Positions 9,790 to 18,552 of a DNA stretch of 64,000 nucleotides are shown piece by piece. Below the pieces are notes generated by a model. The model was given only the letters and a program-made list of their open reading frames with translations. It had not been told where the DNA came from and ran no database searches. Source of the stretch: Thermofilaceae archaeon (GTDB lineage: Archaea; Thermoproteota; Thermoprotei; Thermofilales; Thermofilaceae); contig JAWCCZ010000001.1 of the NCBI GenBank assembly GCA_038861545.1, positions 192,001 through 256,000 of the forward strand. Reading direction: 5' to 3'. The translations under genes and the position numbers were made by a program. Position 1 is the stretch's first letter. Each line of letters starts with the position of its first letter.

Positions 9790-10190
9790 TTTAACCCGAG
9801 GAAGAATTCACGGAGTTTGCTGTCCTCTATTGGATCCACCATGCAGGAGAAGGAGTAAAAATTTCAGAACAAATAAAAATTCAAAAAGGGTAGGAGGGGT
9901 CGCAGATAAGTTAAGGGGTTTAGGTCTAGTTGAGCTTGAATCTTATGGAAGAATAAAAATTGTAAAACTTACACCTAAGGGTTACAGAGTTTATGAGAAA
10001 ATTCTAGATACATTGCATGAGTTAGGCGACGCAGCAAAGCGCCCCGAGCTCGAGCATGGATATATGAAGCAGCCTGAAGTAGGAGAAAGCAACGCTGATA
10101 TACCTAGCCGGTTTGCCAACATCTCCTTGGCTAAAGGATATCGGGGAAAGGGTAAGCAGTGACGATAAAATATGTTCAAGTGGGTAAGTT
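9790..10190 (+). pseudogene. Frameshifted winged-helix transcription regulator
   Basis: Alternate-frame EFTEFAVLYWIHHAGEGVKISE joins DKLRGLGLVELESYGRIKIVKLTPKG (wHTH wing); a second shift near 10120 gives PWLKDIGER; boundaries approximate. Confidence 0.55.
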
Positions 10191-10214
10191 GAAACCTTCT
10201 CTTTTTCACTTGAA

Positions 10215-10717
10215 GTGTTTAGGCTTAAAGAGCTTGAACAATGGGTTGGCAAAGATAAAGCAGCTCACTTAGTGAAAGCGATGGAATTAGTGCTTATAAC
10301 TGGACACCGCTTTATGCTGAGTTGTAGCTTCAAGGTAGTAGGATTCTACTTTCTCCCGTTCTCTCCTTGGTATCTGGAGTCGAACTTAAACTCGATCGGC
10401 AGCCAATCACGCTTGGATCGGAGCACGATGGAGATTTCCTTTGGCACCTATTGATTGATGTGCCTAAGCTGCTCGAGCATGAAAGAAACCCAGTTGTTGA
10501 GGACTTAGAAGAGAGATTTTCTAGGAATGTTAAAGAAGGAGATATGTATACTTTAGACATAATGGAGAGAGTTTCTAGAGTTTACAGGGTACCCTCTATG
10601 TTAACTGGTAGCTTGAACATGGGAGCGTGGAGCTGGGTTCATTCGATAGTAAAGGTGCGTGGCGAAAAAGGCGAAAGCATAATTTTAGTTGATGGCGAGC
10701 AGCTAGTGAGAGTATGA
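10215..10717 (+). pseudogene. Frameshifted hypothetical protein coupled to the RadA-family gene
   Basis: ORFs 10215..10454 and 10367..10717 appear to be one gene with a shift near 10320; ATGA overlap with the next start. Confidence 0.45.
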
Positions 10718-11664
10718 AACTGACACCAGTGCGTGAGCTGAAAGTAAGCGGGGTAGGTAAGTTAACACTGGAGAAAGTTGAGGAAGTCGTCAAACACATA
10801 GAAGACCTAGCCCTTTTTAATCCCGAAGAGCTAGCTGAACGAGCAGGTATCGAGCTAGACAAAGCAACTCTGATTGTAAGAGCTGCTCGCAGACTTGTAA
10901 GGAACAGTACTGGGGGTCGTACCTATAGGGGAAGCGAGTATGCACACATCCTTGAAGCCCGGGAAACGTTAACAACGGGTGTAAAAGCTATAGATGAGTT
11001 GCTTGGAAGTGGGTTAAAGATATGGGATATATACGAGTTTGCAGGAGAATTCGGCAGTGGAAAAACACAACTATGCCATCAGCTCTCTGTAACTGTTCAG
11101 CTTTCACCTGAAAGAGGGGGTTTAGGGGGTAAGGCGATTTACATCGACACTGAAGGCACGTTCAGCCCCTCCCGCATAGAAATGATTGCTGAAAGGTTCA
11201 ACGTTGAGGACTCGCTCAATAATCTTTATGTGTTGAGACCTTTCAATGTGGACGATCTAGAGGAAGCAGTAATCGAAGAACTCCCAGTATTCCTAAGAGA
11301 GGGAATTCGACTAATCCTTGTTGACAGTGTAATCGCACTCTATAGGGCTGAATTTAAAGGAAGGGAAATGCTTGCAATGCGACAGCAGAGGATTAACTAT
11401 CTCTTAGACTGGCTAAAAAGGTATGCTAGAAGGTATGGGTCTATCGTGGTTATCACAAACCAGGTTCTCAGCCAACCTGTTCCATGGGGGGTAGCCGTAA
11501 AAATACCGGCTGGGGGAAATATAATCGCTCATGCATCAACACACAGGTTTATCATGAGGAAAGCCGGTGAAGCTTTATTGTTAGAGTGTCTTGACTCACC
11601 AACGATAGCTCGAGGAGCCTCAACAAAGTTTCAAATAACTGAAAGAGGATTAGAAGACGTTTGA
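10714..11664 (+). CDS. radA: RadA-family recombinase (RadA or close paralog)
   Basis: N-terminal HhH (VSGVG); Walker A GEFGSGKTQLCHQL; YIDTEGTF; Walker B ILVDS; GGNIIAHASTHR. Confidence 0.85.
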   Translation: MKLTPVRELKVSGVGKLTLEKVEEVVKHIEDLALFNPEELAERAGIELDKATLIVRAARRLVRNSTGGRTYRGSEYAHILEARETLTTGVKAIDELLGSGLKIWDIYEFAGEFGSGKTQLCHQLSVTVQLSPERGGLGGKAIYIDTEGTFSPSRIEMIAERFNVEDSLNNLYVLRPFNVDDLEEAVIEELPVFLREGIRLILVDSVIALYRAEFKGREMLAMRQQRINYLLDWLKRYARRYGSIVVITNQVLSQPVPWGVAVKIPAGGNIIAHASTHRFIMRKAGEALLLECLDSPTIARGASTKFQITERGLEDV

Positions 11665-11673
11665 AAAAACAGG

Positions 11674-11679
11674 TTTAAA
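11674..11679 (+). promoter_or_regulatory. TATA box for the downstream sRNA
   Basis: TTTAAA after an A-rich BRE-like run, about 25 nt upstream of 11702. Confidence 0.5.
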
Positions 11680-11701
11680 GGGCTTAAACGACTTCGGTAA
11701 T

Positions 11702-11760
11702 GGGCGATGAAGACCCATTGCAGCACGTAGCCGTGAAGATAAGGTTTCCGGCCTGAGCCC
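11702..11760 (+). ncRNA. Probable C/D box methylation-guide sRNA
   Basis: Terminal stem GGGC/GCCC; box C-like CGATGA; C' GTGAAGA (11733..11739); box D CTGA (11753..11756); D guide TAAGGTTTCCGGC complementary to the conserved archaeal 16S segment CAACGCCGG(G/A)AACCTTACC; D' not canonical. Confidence 0.7.
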
Positions 11761-11811
11761 CAGTTACAACGCGGAAAACCTTGGTGACGCCATTTATAGT
11801 TTCCGAGTAAA

Positions 11812-13011
11812 TTACCTTGCGACTAGCTCCGTTACTCCCAGCATGAAGAGGTCTTCTTGAAGTCCCTCTTCGATACTCTTTAAACCTGCACTTAATCTGA
11901 TAACCTTAGTGCGACCGTAGCGTCCCAAGCTAACCACTCTTGCGTTAACTATCCCCGCCATATCTAGCTCATTGATAATATCACTAACTCGTCTTTGTGT
12001 AACGGGATCCATGCCAAGCATTTTAGCAATTTCTATGTATTTATTATATATCATACCAGTAGTCAAGTTTTTCACCCCCTCCTTCTCAAGCAAGTAAACT
12101 GATATTAGAACCATCTTTACATGCAATGGCATTGATTTTATTACATCTACAGTAACGTTTTTCTCAATCTCTTTCTGGGCCTGCTTTACATGTTCCAGCA
12201 TAACCTTACTGGCTCCTTCTCTCTCGGCTAGATCCGCGGCTTTCAGTAGTAGGTCGAGGGCAAGTCTACAATCCCCATTCTGTTTTGCGGCAATAGCTGC
12301 GCAGGCAGGTATCACCTCAGGTGCTAATACTTTATCTTGGAAAGCTTCAGCAGCTCTCTGCTGCAAGATGTCCTCAAGTTCCTTCGCTGTGTATGGAGGA
12401 AAAACAAGTTCTTCTTCGCATAAGCTGCTTTTTACTCTTGAATCTAGGAATTCCGTGAATTTCAAGTCATTAGTTATACCTATGAGCGAGAGGCGCGAGC
12501 GGGAAAGTTGTTCATTAATTCGAGCGAGGAAGTAAAGCACATCATCACCATTTTTCTTAACCAGGTGATCTATTTCGTCTAGAACTACAACCATAATTTT
12601 TCCGCGTCTGTCTAAGGCTTCGGCAAATCTTTTGTAAACTTCACTAGTTGCCAGTCCAGTGAAAGGGACTTTTACACCCAGTTCTCTGGCTAATTCGGCC
12701 ATTACTCGGTAACTAGTGTCGTTTTGTCGGCAGTTAACGTAGGCGAAAACAACTTTTTCTTTAGCTTTCTCAGATAATCTTCTTACCACATGTTTTGTAA
12801 CTGCCGTTTTCCCGGTGCCAGTTAACCCATATATGAAAATATTTGAAGGCCTAGATCCCGCCAAAGCTGGCGCTAGTATCCTAGCTAAAGCTATAACCTG
12901 CTGATTTCTATGAGGTAACTCTTCTGGAACATAGTCTGGGAGAAGCCTTTCCCTATCCCTAAATATCTGTGAATGTAAGACAAACTGCTCGAAGACTTCA
13001 TCCAAGCTCAT
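11812..13011 (-). CDS. cdc6: ORC1/Cdc6 replication initiator
   Basis: LLPDYVPEELPHR, Walker A GLTGTGKT, Walker B VLDEID, GDCR sensor, C-terminal wH GRYGRT; start at 13011 (MSLDEVF) preferred over 13134. Confidence 0.95.
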   Translation of the reverse strand: MSLDEVFEQFVLHSQIFRDRERLLPDYVPEELPHRNQQVIALARILAPALAGSRPSNIFIYGLTGTGKTAVTKHVVRRLSEKAKEKVVFAYVNCRQNDTSYRVMAELARELGVKVPFTGLATSEVYKRFAEALDRRGKIMVVVLDEIDHLVKKNGDDVLYFLARINEQLSRSRLSLIGITNDLKFTEFLDSRVKSSLCEEELVFPPYTAKELEDILQQRAAEAFQDKVLAPEVIPACAAIAAKQNGDCRLALDLLLKAADLAEREGASKVMLEHVKQAQKEIEKNVTVDVIKSMPLHVKMVLISVYLLEKEGVKNLTTGMIYNKYIEIAKMLGMDPVTQRRVSDIINELDMAGIVNARVVSLGRYGRTKVIRLSAGLKSIEEGLQEDLFMLGVTELVAR

Positions 13012-13017
13012 ATATTC

Positions 13018-13044
13018 TCCAGTTGAAGCATTGGAACTAGGGGG
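13018..13044 (+). promoter_or_regulatory. ORB-like element directly upstream of cdc6
   Basis: TCCAGTTGAAGC followed by ATTGGAACTAGGGGG (G-string), resembling the TCCAnnTGAAAC...GGGG ORB consensus. Confidence 0.4.
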
Positions 13045-13219
13045 CTCAATGGGGCAACAGAATCTATAAAACGTAGTACGCTTAGTATGACGCGTTTTAT
13101 ACTTTAATCTTCCTTTTACACCATCTTTCTTCATGCGTTAAACTGTACTTATAAAAGTCAGTAAGGGTAAGCCGTGCTGAAGGTAAACGTTATATTCCGC
13201 CTGTGGCTTGTAGCTACAG

Positions 13220-13320
13220 GCCGGGGTGGCCGAGTGGCCTAAGGCGGTGGACACATTAGCCACATTCGAGATCCATTGTCCCTTTGGGACGCCCGGGTTC
13301 GAATCCCGGCCCCGGCGCCA
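13220..13320 (+). tRNA. tRNA-Ser(CGA) with a 13-nt non-canonical intron at 32/33 (13253..13265)
   Basis: Acceptor GCCGGGG/CCCCGGC; long variable arm GTCCC-TTT-GGGAC; BHB helix GTGG/CCAC with AC|A and AT|T bulges; encoded CCA. Confidence 0.92.
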
Positions 13321-13483
13321 CATATAATGAGTTTCGCTTACATTAGGTCGATAGAGCGTAACCGTTAACCTACACGCTATTCACCAAATCTTCAAACTGT
13401 ATGCATGAAATTGCGGAATAACACTTTAATACAGGTAAAGAAGTGAAGAAATCTTTTTCCTCGCATCCATTACTATATAGATA

Positions 13484-14452
13484 ATGCTTGTACTGAGAGC
13501 GTTAATTTTTGAGTCCGATGAGCTTAGATCCATTTCTACCTTGGCTAAGAGAATGGAATCCTGGGGTCAAAGAGAACGTGAAGTTAAGGTTGTTCTCCAT
13601 ATAAAGCGTATAACAAGAGTTGGACTAATAGTCCAAGAGTTGCCGAATACCCAGGCATGCATATTATGGGAACCAGTACTCAGCATTGAAACGGTAAAAA
13701 GTGGGAAAATCTGTCGCTATCATGATAATTGCGGAGATGCTAGCTACTGTCACAGACCAGCTGTGACTGAAGAGGGATACTGTAGTATACATAGAGATAG
13801 TTGGAGGGCATTGTATGAATTATGTGCTCAGGGGGTTGAGGAAGCCTGCGAGAAAGCTGCAGAACGAGCGGACGAGGAGTTCACCGTATACGCATTAGAC
13901 TTTGGCGGTAGGAAGCTGAAAATCGGTTTAACTCAATCGTGGAGGCTATTATACAGGTTAGCTGAACAACCTCACGCCTCAGCGGCCTTGCTGTTTAAGG
14001 GTTCTCTTCTCCAAGCTCGTGATTTGGAACGCAGGCTTGGAAGGAGGAAACGTGCAACAGAAGGGGTGGGTATCGGGCTGTCCGAAAGACTCAAATCTTC
14101 ATGCGAGCTTTTAAGCTCAAATGATCCATTTCCAATCGCATCAAGACTCGCTGTAGCGTTGGCTGAGTTGGGACTCGATGGAGTTTTCGATGCGTTCACG
14201 ATACTCCCACGTTTTTTCAAGCTTGAGCTTTTTTCACAATTTACTAGTATCGAATTGCGGGAGCTTTTAGGTCGGAGGCTTAAGCTATGTGATTACTGGG
14301 CTGGTTTACTGGTGCTAAGAGATCAGGACAGCGGTGAATTACTTATACTAAATAAGAACGAAGCTCTTCATAAACCTGTAAAAGCTACGGTAACTGAGAG
14401 TAGATCTGGGGAGGGGGGTTTAACCACAGCAAGGTCAGCTGGCATGGTTTAA
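13484..14452 (+). CDS. DUF2797-like Cys-containing protein with a GIY-YIG-like segment
   Basis: Cys/His clusters; VYALDFGGRKLKIGLT...RLAEQ motif; true start may be downstream. Confidence 0.6.
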   Translation: MLVLRALIFESDELRSISTLAKRMESWGQREREVKVVLHIKRITRVGLIVQELPNTQACILWEPVLSIETVKSGKICRYHDNCGDASYCHRPAVTEEGYCSIHRDSWRALYELCAQGVEEACEKAAERADEEFTVYALDFGGRKLKIGLTQSWRLLYRLAEQPHASAALLFKGSLLQARDLERRLGRRKRATEGVGIGLSERLKSSCELLSSNDPFPIASRLAVALAELGLDGVFDAFTILPRFFKLELFSQFTSIELRELLGRRLKLCDYWAGLLVLRDQDSGELLILNKNEALHKPVKATVTESRSGEGGLTTARSAGMV

Positions 14453-14490
14453 TTTCAGGCGGAATAGGTCTCGTTAACACTGTTTACCGC

Positions 14491-15603
14491 TTAAACTATC
14501 ATACCGATAATTTTTCTCTTTGCTTTTAGATAGTAAAGGTAGTGACTATAAGGAACGTCTGCAGGCACTCTATGGTCAACGTGGGGTATGTATCCTCCTT
14601 CATCCACTAGTAGCTTAATTCTTTCCAACTCTTTTTCAATAGCTTTAGGACCTTCGATAAGAGCTCTTTTATCTATACCACCCATTAACAAAACCCTCCG
14701 ACCATATATACTTCTTAGTTTCACAGGGTCAGAACCAGCTCTAACTTCACATGGAAAGTGACAGTTAATACCGGCTTCTAACCATAATGGTAGTAACCGT
14801 TCTATATTACCATCGCAATCCATTATATTAAGCCAGATCCCATAGCCTTTGAGGAACTCAGTGATTCTCCGGTATTGTGGTACTATGAGTTCCTCGAAAT
14901 GCTTAGGGGATATGAGGGGGCCGCTGTTATAACACATGTCCTCCCACCAGTGAGCAAAATCCAGCTTTAGTTCTCGAATCGGTTTCTCAACAGCCTTAAG
15001 CATCATCTCAGTTCTAAATTTGAACATATCCTTCACTAATTCAGGTTCCCTAAATATTGCTTTACAGAGTCCCTGCAAACCCATGATATCACGAGCCCAG
15101 CCGAAGAAACCTCCTGCGAAAATACCGAGCGGGTAGTCTCGTTCCCTCCACTTATCTTTAAGCTCCTCCAAGCCTGGATATTGAATATTTTCCAGGTCAA
15201 ACCGCTCTTTATAATTTTCCCAAGTATTCCAGTCTTTAACAGGGTATTCTAAAAAAGAGGGAATCGAAGTACCACATCCCTCTTTAAAATCCATTTTAAT
15301 CACTCCGGTTTCATCACGGAAAATCCGCCTGCGATTATCCTCCCACAATATTTCATGTTTAAACTTCTTAAAAGGGATAAATATAGGTACTTCATTCCAG
15401 TACCACGCTTCAAACCCAAAGTACTGGTCAGCCTTATAATCGTTATTGACCCACTCTGGTAAACCTTCATGATGCCACCTTTTAAGGGTCTCTTCCCAGT
15501 AGCCGAATTCTACATCTGGAAGGTGGTCGACTTCCTTATACATGAATACGTTTAAAAAGCGTTCGCGCCTGGTCAGTTTTAACGAAGGATTAAGGATTCC
15601 CAT
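14491..15603 (-). CDS. Uroporphyrinogen decarboxylase-like (URO-D/MtaA) family protein
   Basis: LTRRERF start, WEDMCYNSGPLISP, DCDGN, LMGGIDK, GGYIPHVDHRVPADVP. Confidence 0.85.
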   Translation of the reverse strand: MGILNPSLKLTRRERFLNVFMYKEVDHLPDVEFGYWEETLKRWHHEGLPEWVNNDYKADQYFGFEAWYWNEVPIFIPFKKFKHEILWEDNRRRIFRDETGVIKMDFKEGCGTSIPSFLEYPVKDWNTWENYKERFDLENIQYPGLEELKDKWRERDYPLGIFAGGFFGWARDIMGLQGLCKAIFREPELVKDMFKFRTEMMLKAVEKPIRELKLDFAHWWEDMCYNSGPLISPKHFEELIVPQYRRITEFLKGYGIWLNIMDCDGNIERLLPLWLEAGINCHFPCEVRAGSDPVKLRSIYGRRVLLMGGIDKRALIEGPKAIEKELERIKLLVDEGGYIPHVDHRVPADVPYSHYLYYLKAKRKIIGMIV

Positions 15604-15677
15604 GCATGAACCGGTTCATGCGACATAAATAAGATCATCGAGCATTTTTTTTCGCGGATGAAATAGTTAATCAAAGT

Positions 15678-16832
15678 TCAAGTAGGGATTTTTTCCTCGG
15701 GTGGTGGACTCCACTCCTTCGTTAGTACCGCGAGTCTCCTCAATGCCCAGCTTGAGTGAATTCGCCGGGTAAGCTCACTTAGAATCTCGAGTAACTCATC
15801 GTAGGTTTTTCTATCGACCGGAAAGGGGACTCCATCTTTTCCACCAACAGCATAGGCAAATTTGAAGGGATCAACTGGATGTGTAACCGGGTCTCTCCAT
15901 GATGGAGGAGTTTCGTAAACGAGCTCAGCTACTAGAGATAACGCTCTCAAGGTGCTGGGTCCAACTCCCTTTACTCCTAGCAGCTCTTGGTAACTGCTAA
16001 CTCCTAACTCACTTACCTGCGTTAGGGCAGTAGTGTTTATAGAAATTCCTCCTAGCTTAAGGTACTTTTTAACTATTTCACGGCTTTCTTTAGTTGAATA
16101 TGGTGAATAATAGATGAATAGCGGTATATCGCCTTGAGCGATAACCAGTGCCTGCTTTATCATAGGTTCTAGCCTACAGGGTTTTTCTGAGGCTAAATCT
16201 ACAAGCAGCCTCTGATATTTATCCATACCTTTGTCAACGGTATTTAACGCTAAACCAGTAATGCCACTAATACCTGAATGCGGTGTCTCCACGAAACTGT
16301 GTAAAGATTCCGAGAACCAATGATAGCGTCGCGCCATTCCAACTTTCTCATTCATTCCCTGCTGTACTACAGCCCATCTACCCTTAAAGTCTATAAAGAA
16401 CATGTGATGATACAACTGGTAGCCGGCCTGTAGTGCTACGCTGTCAACTTTGGCTACGAGGGTGGATGTTCTTACAAGCTTATCTTCTTCAAGTCCTAAG
16501 TACTTAGCTATCCCCTTAAGTTCAACCGGTGTACGTAAGCTAGCGTCTCCTTTTCCACCGGCCGCATATACACCTAGATCGAGTCTCTTAAGGGTATCTC
16601 TAACAATCGCAGCTGTCACCGTAGTAGACCCTGAACTATCCCAATCCATCCCAATTATGTTGTTTAACGCTTGGAACCACAATGGGTCAGCTACACGCTC
16701 TAAAAACCCTGAAGTACCATACTCCTCCACCACGAGTTTCACTACTATTTCTGAGAGTTCTTTCATACGTACAAGAAGCCAGCTAGGCACATGACCTGTA
16801 TGCAGAGGTAATTCAGCTATTCCTCTCTTCAC
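15678..16832 (-). CDS. DUF763 family protein
   Basis: GIAELPLHTGHVPSWL, GMDWDSSGSTT, VAKVDS, WAVVQQGMN, DPFKFAYAVGGKDGVPFPVD. Confidence 0.9.
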   Translation of the reverse strand: MKRGIAELPLHTGHVPSWLLVRMKELSEIVVKLVVEEYGTSGFLERVADPLWFQALNNIIGMDWDSSGSTTVTAAIVRDTLKRLDLGVYAAGGKGDASLRTPVELKGIAKYLGLEEDKLVRTSTLVAKVDSVALQAGYQLYHHMFFIDFKGRWAVVQQGMNEKVGMARRYHWFSESLHSFVETPHSGISGITGLALNTVDKGMDKYQRLLVDLASEKPCRLEPMIKQALVIAQGDIPLFIYYSPYSTKESREIVKKYLKLGGISINTTALTQVSELGVSSYQELLGVKGVGPSTLRALSLVAELVYETPPSWRDPVTHPVDPFKFAYAVGGKDGVPFPVDRKTYDELLEILSELTRRIHSSWALRRLAVLTKEWSPPPEEKIPT

Positions 16833-16954
16833 TTTGAAGAAAGGACACAGTTAGCGATTAAAAACTAACGTGGACAGTATGTTGAAAGTTAACTACAATT
16901 AAACTGGGGTAAACAATATATGTACTCTAATACCAAGCTAGTCAATCGAGTAAA

Positions 16955-17052
16955 GGGCCCGTGGTCTAGCGGTTAGGACGCCCGCCTCACGAACGAGCAC
17001 GCAGCTAATTTGAGAGCGCGGGAGGTCCCGGGTTCAAATCCCGGCGGGCCCA
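16955..17052 (+). tRNA. tRNA-Val(CAC) with a 25-nt canonical 37/38 intron (16992..17016)
   Basis: Acceptor GGGCCCG/CGGGCCC; anticodon stem CCCGC/GCGGG; perfect BHB helix CTCA/TGAG; CCA not encoded. Confidence 0.93.
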
Positions 17053-18431
17053 TTATTCATTATATAAATAAACTTAGGAGAAGCATAAGCTTTGACTAAA
17101 GTTTCCCTGCCGTTTGCCTCGTCGGTCTGGCTTTCTGAATCTACTAAATCGATCCTAAAGTAAGTAGCCTCTTCGGGTATTTTAATCCTCAGTCTCTTTG
17201 TGAACTGCTCTGACTCTATTTCTTCAGCATGGATGACTTCACTCATTGAAATCAACCTTAAAACAGCTCCACGAGCTCTACGCACCTCAACTAATGTCTC
17301 GATCAATTTCTTATTTACAGATTTTACCTCGTACCAGAGGAAGGGGCCTGCTGGAGACTCTGAAATAGTTACCCTGCCGGCCTTTATGGCATCAAGTATA
17401 TTCTTGCAGCTAAGCTTATCTACATAAACCCAAGTTGTTGGACGCCCGATGTTTAACATAGGGTGTCGTTGCTTTAAAGTGTGAGTATCACTACCTCCTA
17501 CGACCCTAATTCTGTAACCTTTCGAGAGGAGTTCATCAAGCAGCTTAGAGGACATATAATTAAGTAGTGCCCAGTCTCCCTGCCATACTTCAATGAATCC
17601 GATTTTTTCGATACCGCCCAACTGCCATGAAGGTCCAAAAGGCTTAGGATGGTTTACTGAAGCTAGGTACCTTTTTTTCTTCACATAATTAATAAGTCTC
17701 TCGAGTTCTTCGTGGCTCCTAACTCTGAAATCCACCCACTCATTAATATCAAACACATTCATATGTCCATAGTAAGTCGTAACCTCCTCACCGGGCAGTA
17801 GGAGGACTCCTCGGTATATTCCACACTCGGGCACGTGGCTTATTGTATTGTGATCTGTAATAGCGACAAAATTTAACCCTTCCTCCACAGCTGCTTTAGC
17901 TATTTCTTCTAGGGTGGAGTCTCCATCGCTATGCACGGAATGCACGTGAAAATCACCCTTTAGCCAACCGTTCAAAGAAGGCATGGTGAAGTGTTTATGG
18001 CTCTGCATCCTTTTTACTTTTAATTCACAACTCTTTTTCTCTTCCAAGAACATTCTTACCCTTATTGAGTACTTACATCCTACTCGAGGTATTTTGTATA
18101 GACCTAGAACAATTTTCCAAATACCTGGTTTTATGCTACGTGGAATATAGCCAGGGGTAGCGCTAGTTCGAGAAATAATAACTGTTTTCTTATTAGATCC
18201 ACTCCAACCCTTGAAGGTTTTACCAGCTTCTAGGAAACCAATAGGTCCAGGTTCGAAAACCCCTATATCAATTATACATTCATCATTTTCTTCTACTAAT
18301 ATGTAAGAGTATTCGATCTCTATTTTCTCACATCCTTCAGGTACTTTAAACGGTATGTAAACATAATCGTCTTTACTCTTATCCTGCGGTGATAGGAATC
18401 CTTCAAAATACTGTTCATTTGTTGGATACAT
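17034..18431 (-). CDS. PHP-domain metallohydrolase (CehA/McbA-like)
   Basis: GDFHVHSVHSDG, AITDHN, GEEVTTYYGHMN, NHP, GGSDTH. Confidence 0.88.
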   Translation of the reverse strand: MYPTNEQYFEGFLSPQDKSKDDYVYIPFKVPEGCEKIEIEYSYILVEENDECIIDIGVFEPGPIGFLEAGKTFKGWSGSNKKTVIISRTSATPGYIPRSIKPGIWKIVLGLYKIPRVGCKYSIRVRMFLEEKKSCELKVKRMQSHKHFTMPSLNGWLKGDFHVHSVHSDGDSTLEEIAKAAVEEGLNFVAITDHNTISHVPECGIYRGVLLLPGEEVTTYYGHMNVFDINEWVDFRVRSHEELERLINYVKKKRYLASVNHPKPFGPSWQLGGIEKIGFIEVWQGDWALLNYMSSKLLDELLSKGYRIRVVGGSDTHTLKQRHPMLNIGRPTTWVYVDKLSCKNILDAIKAGRVTISESPAGPFLWYEVKSVNKKLIETLVEVRRARGAVLRLISMSEVIHAEEIESEQFTKRLRIKIPEEATYFRIDLVDSESQTDEANGRETLVKAYASPKFIYIMNNGPAGI

Positions 18432-18552
18432 AAAGCATTATTGCTTTCCAGCTATATATTCTGAATCCTTTAGGTTTAGATAAGTTATTAGAGCTAATGT
18501 TTAGCCAACATTACTACGGAAGTAATTTTAGCTGGACTAGGCAGGTTCCCCC

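Noticed and set aside
13012-13134. 41-aa N-terminal extension of Cdc6 in the ORF track
   Set aside because: Family similarity starts at MSLDEVF (13011); the extension covers promoter/ORB-like DNA
13138-13323. 61-aa minus-strand ORF (MWRRGRDSNPG...)
   Set aside because: It is the antisense translation of tRNA-Ser, a classic artefact
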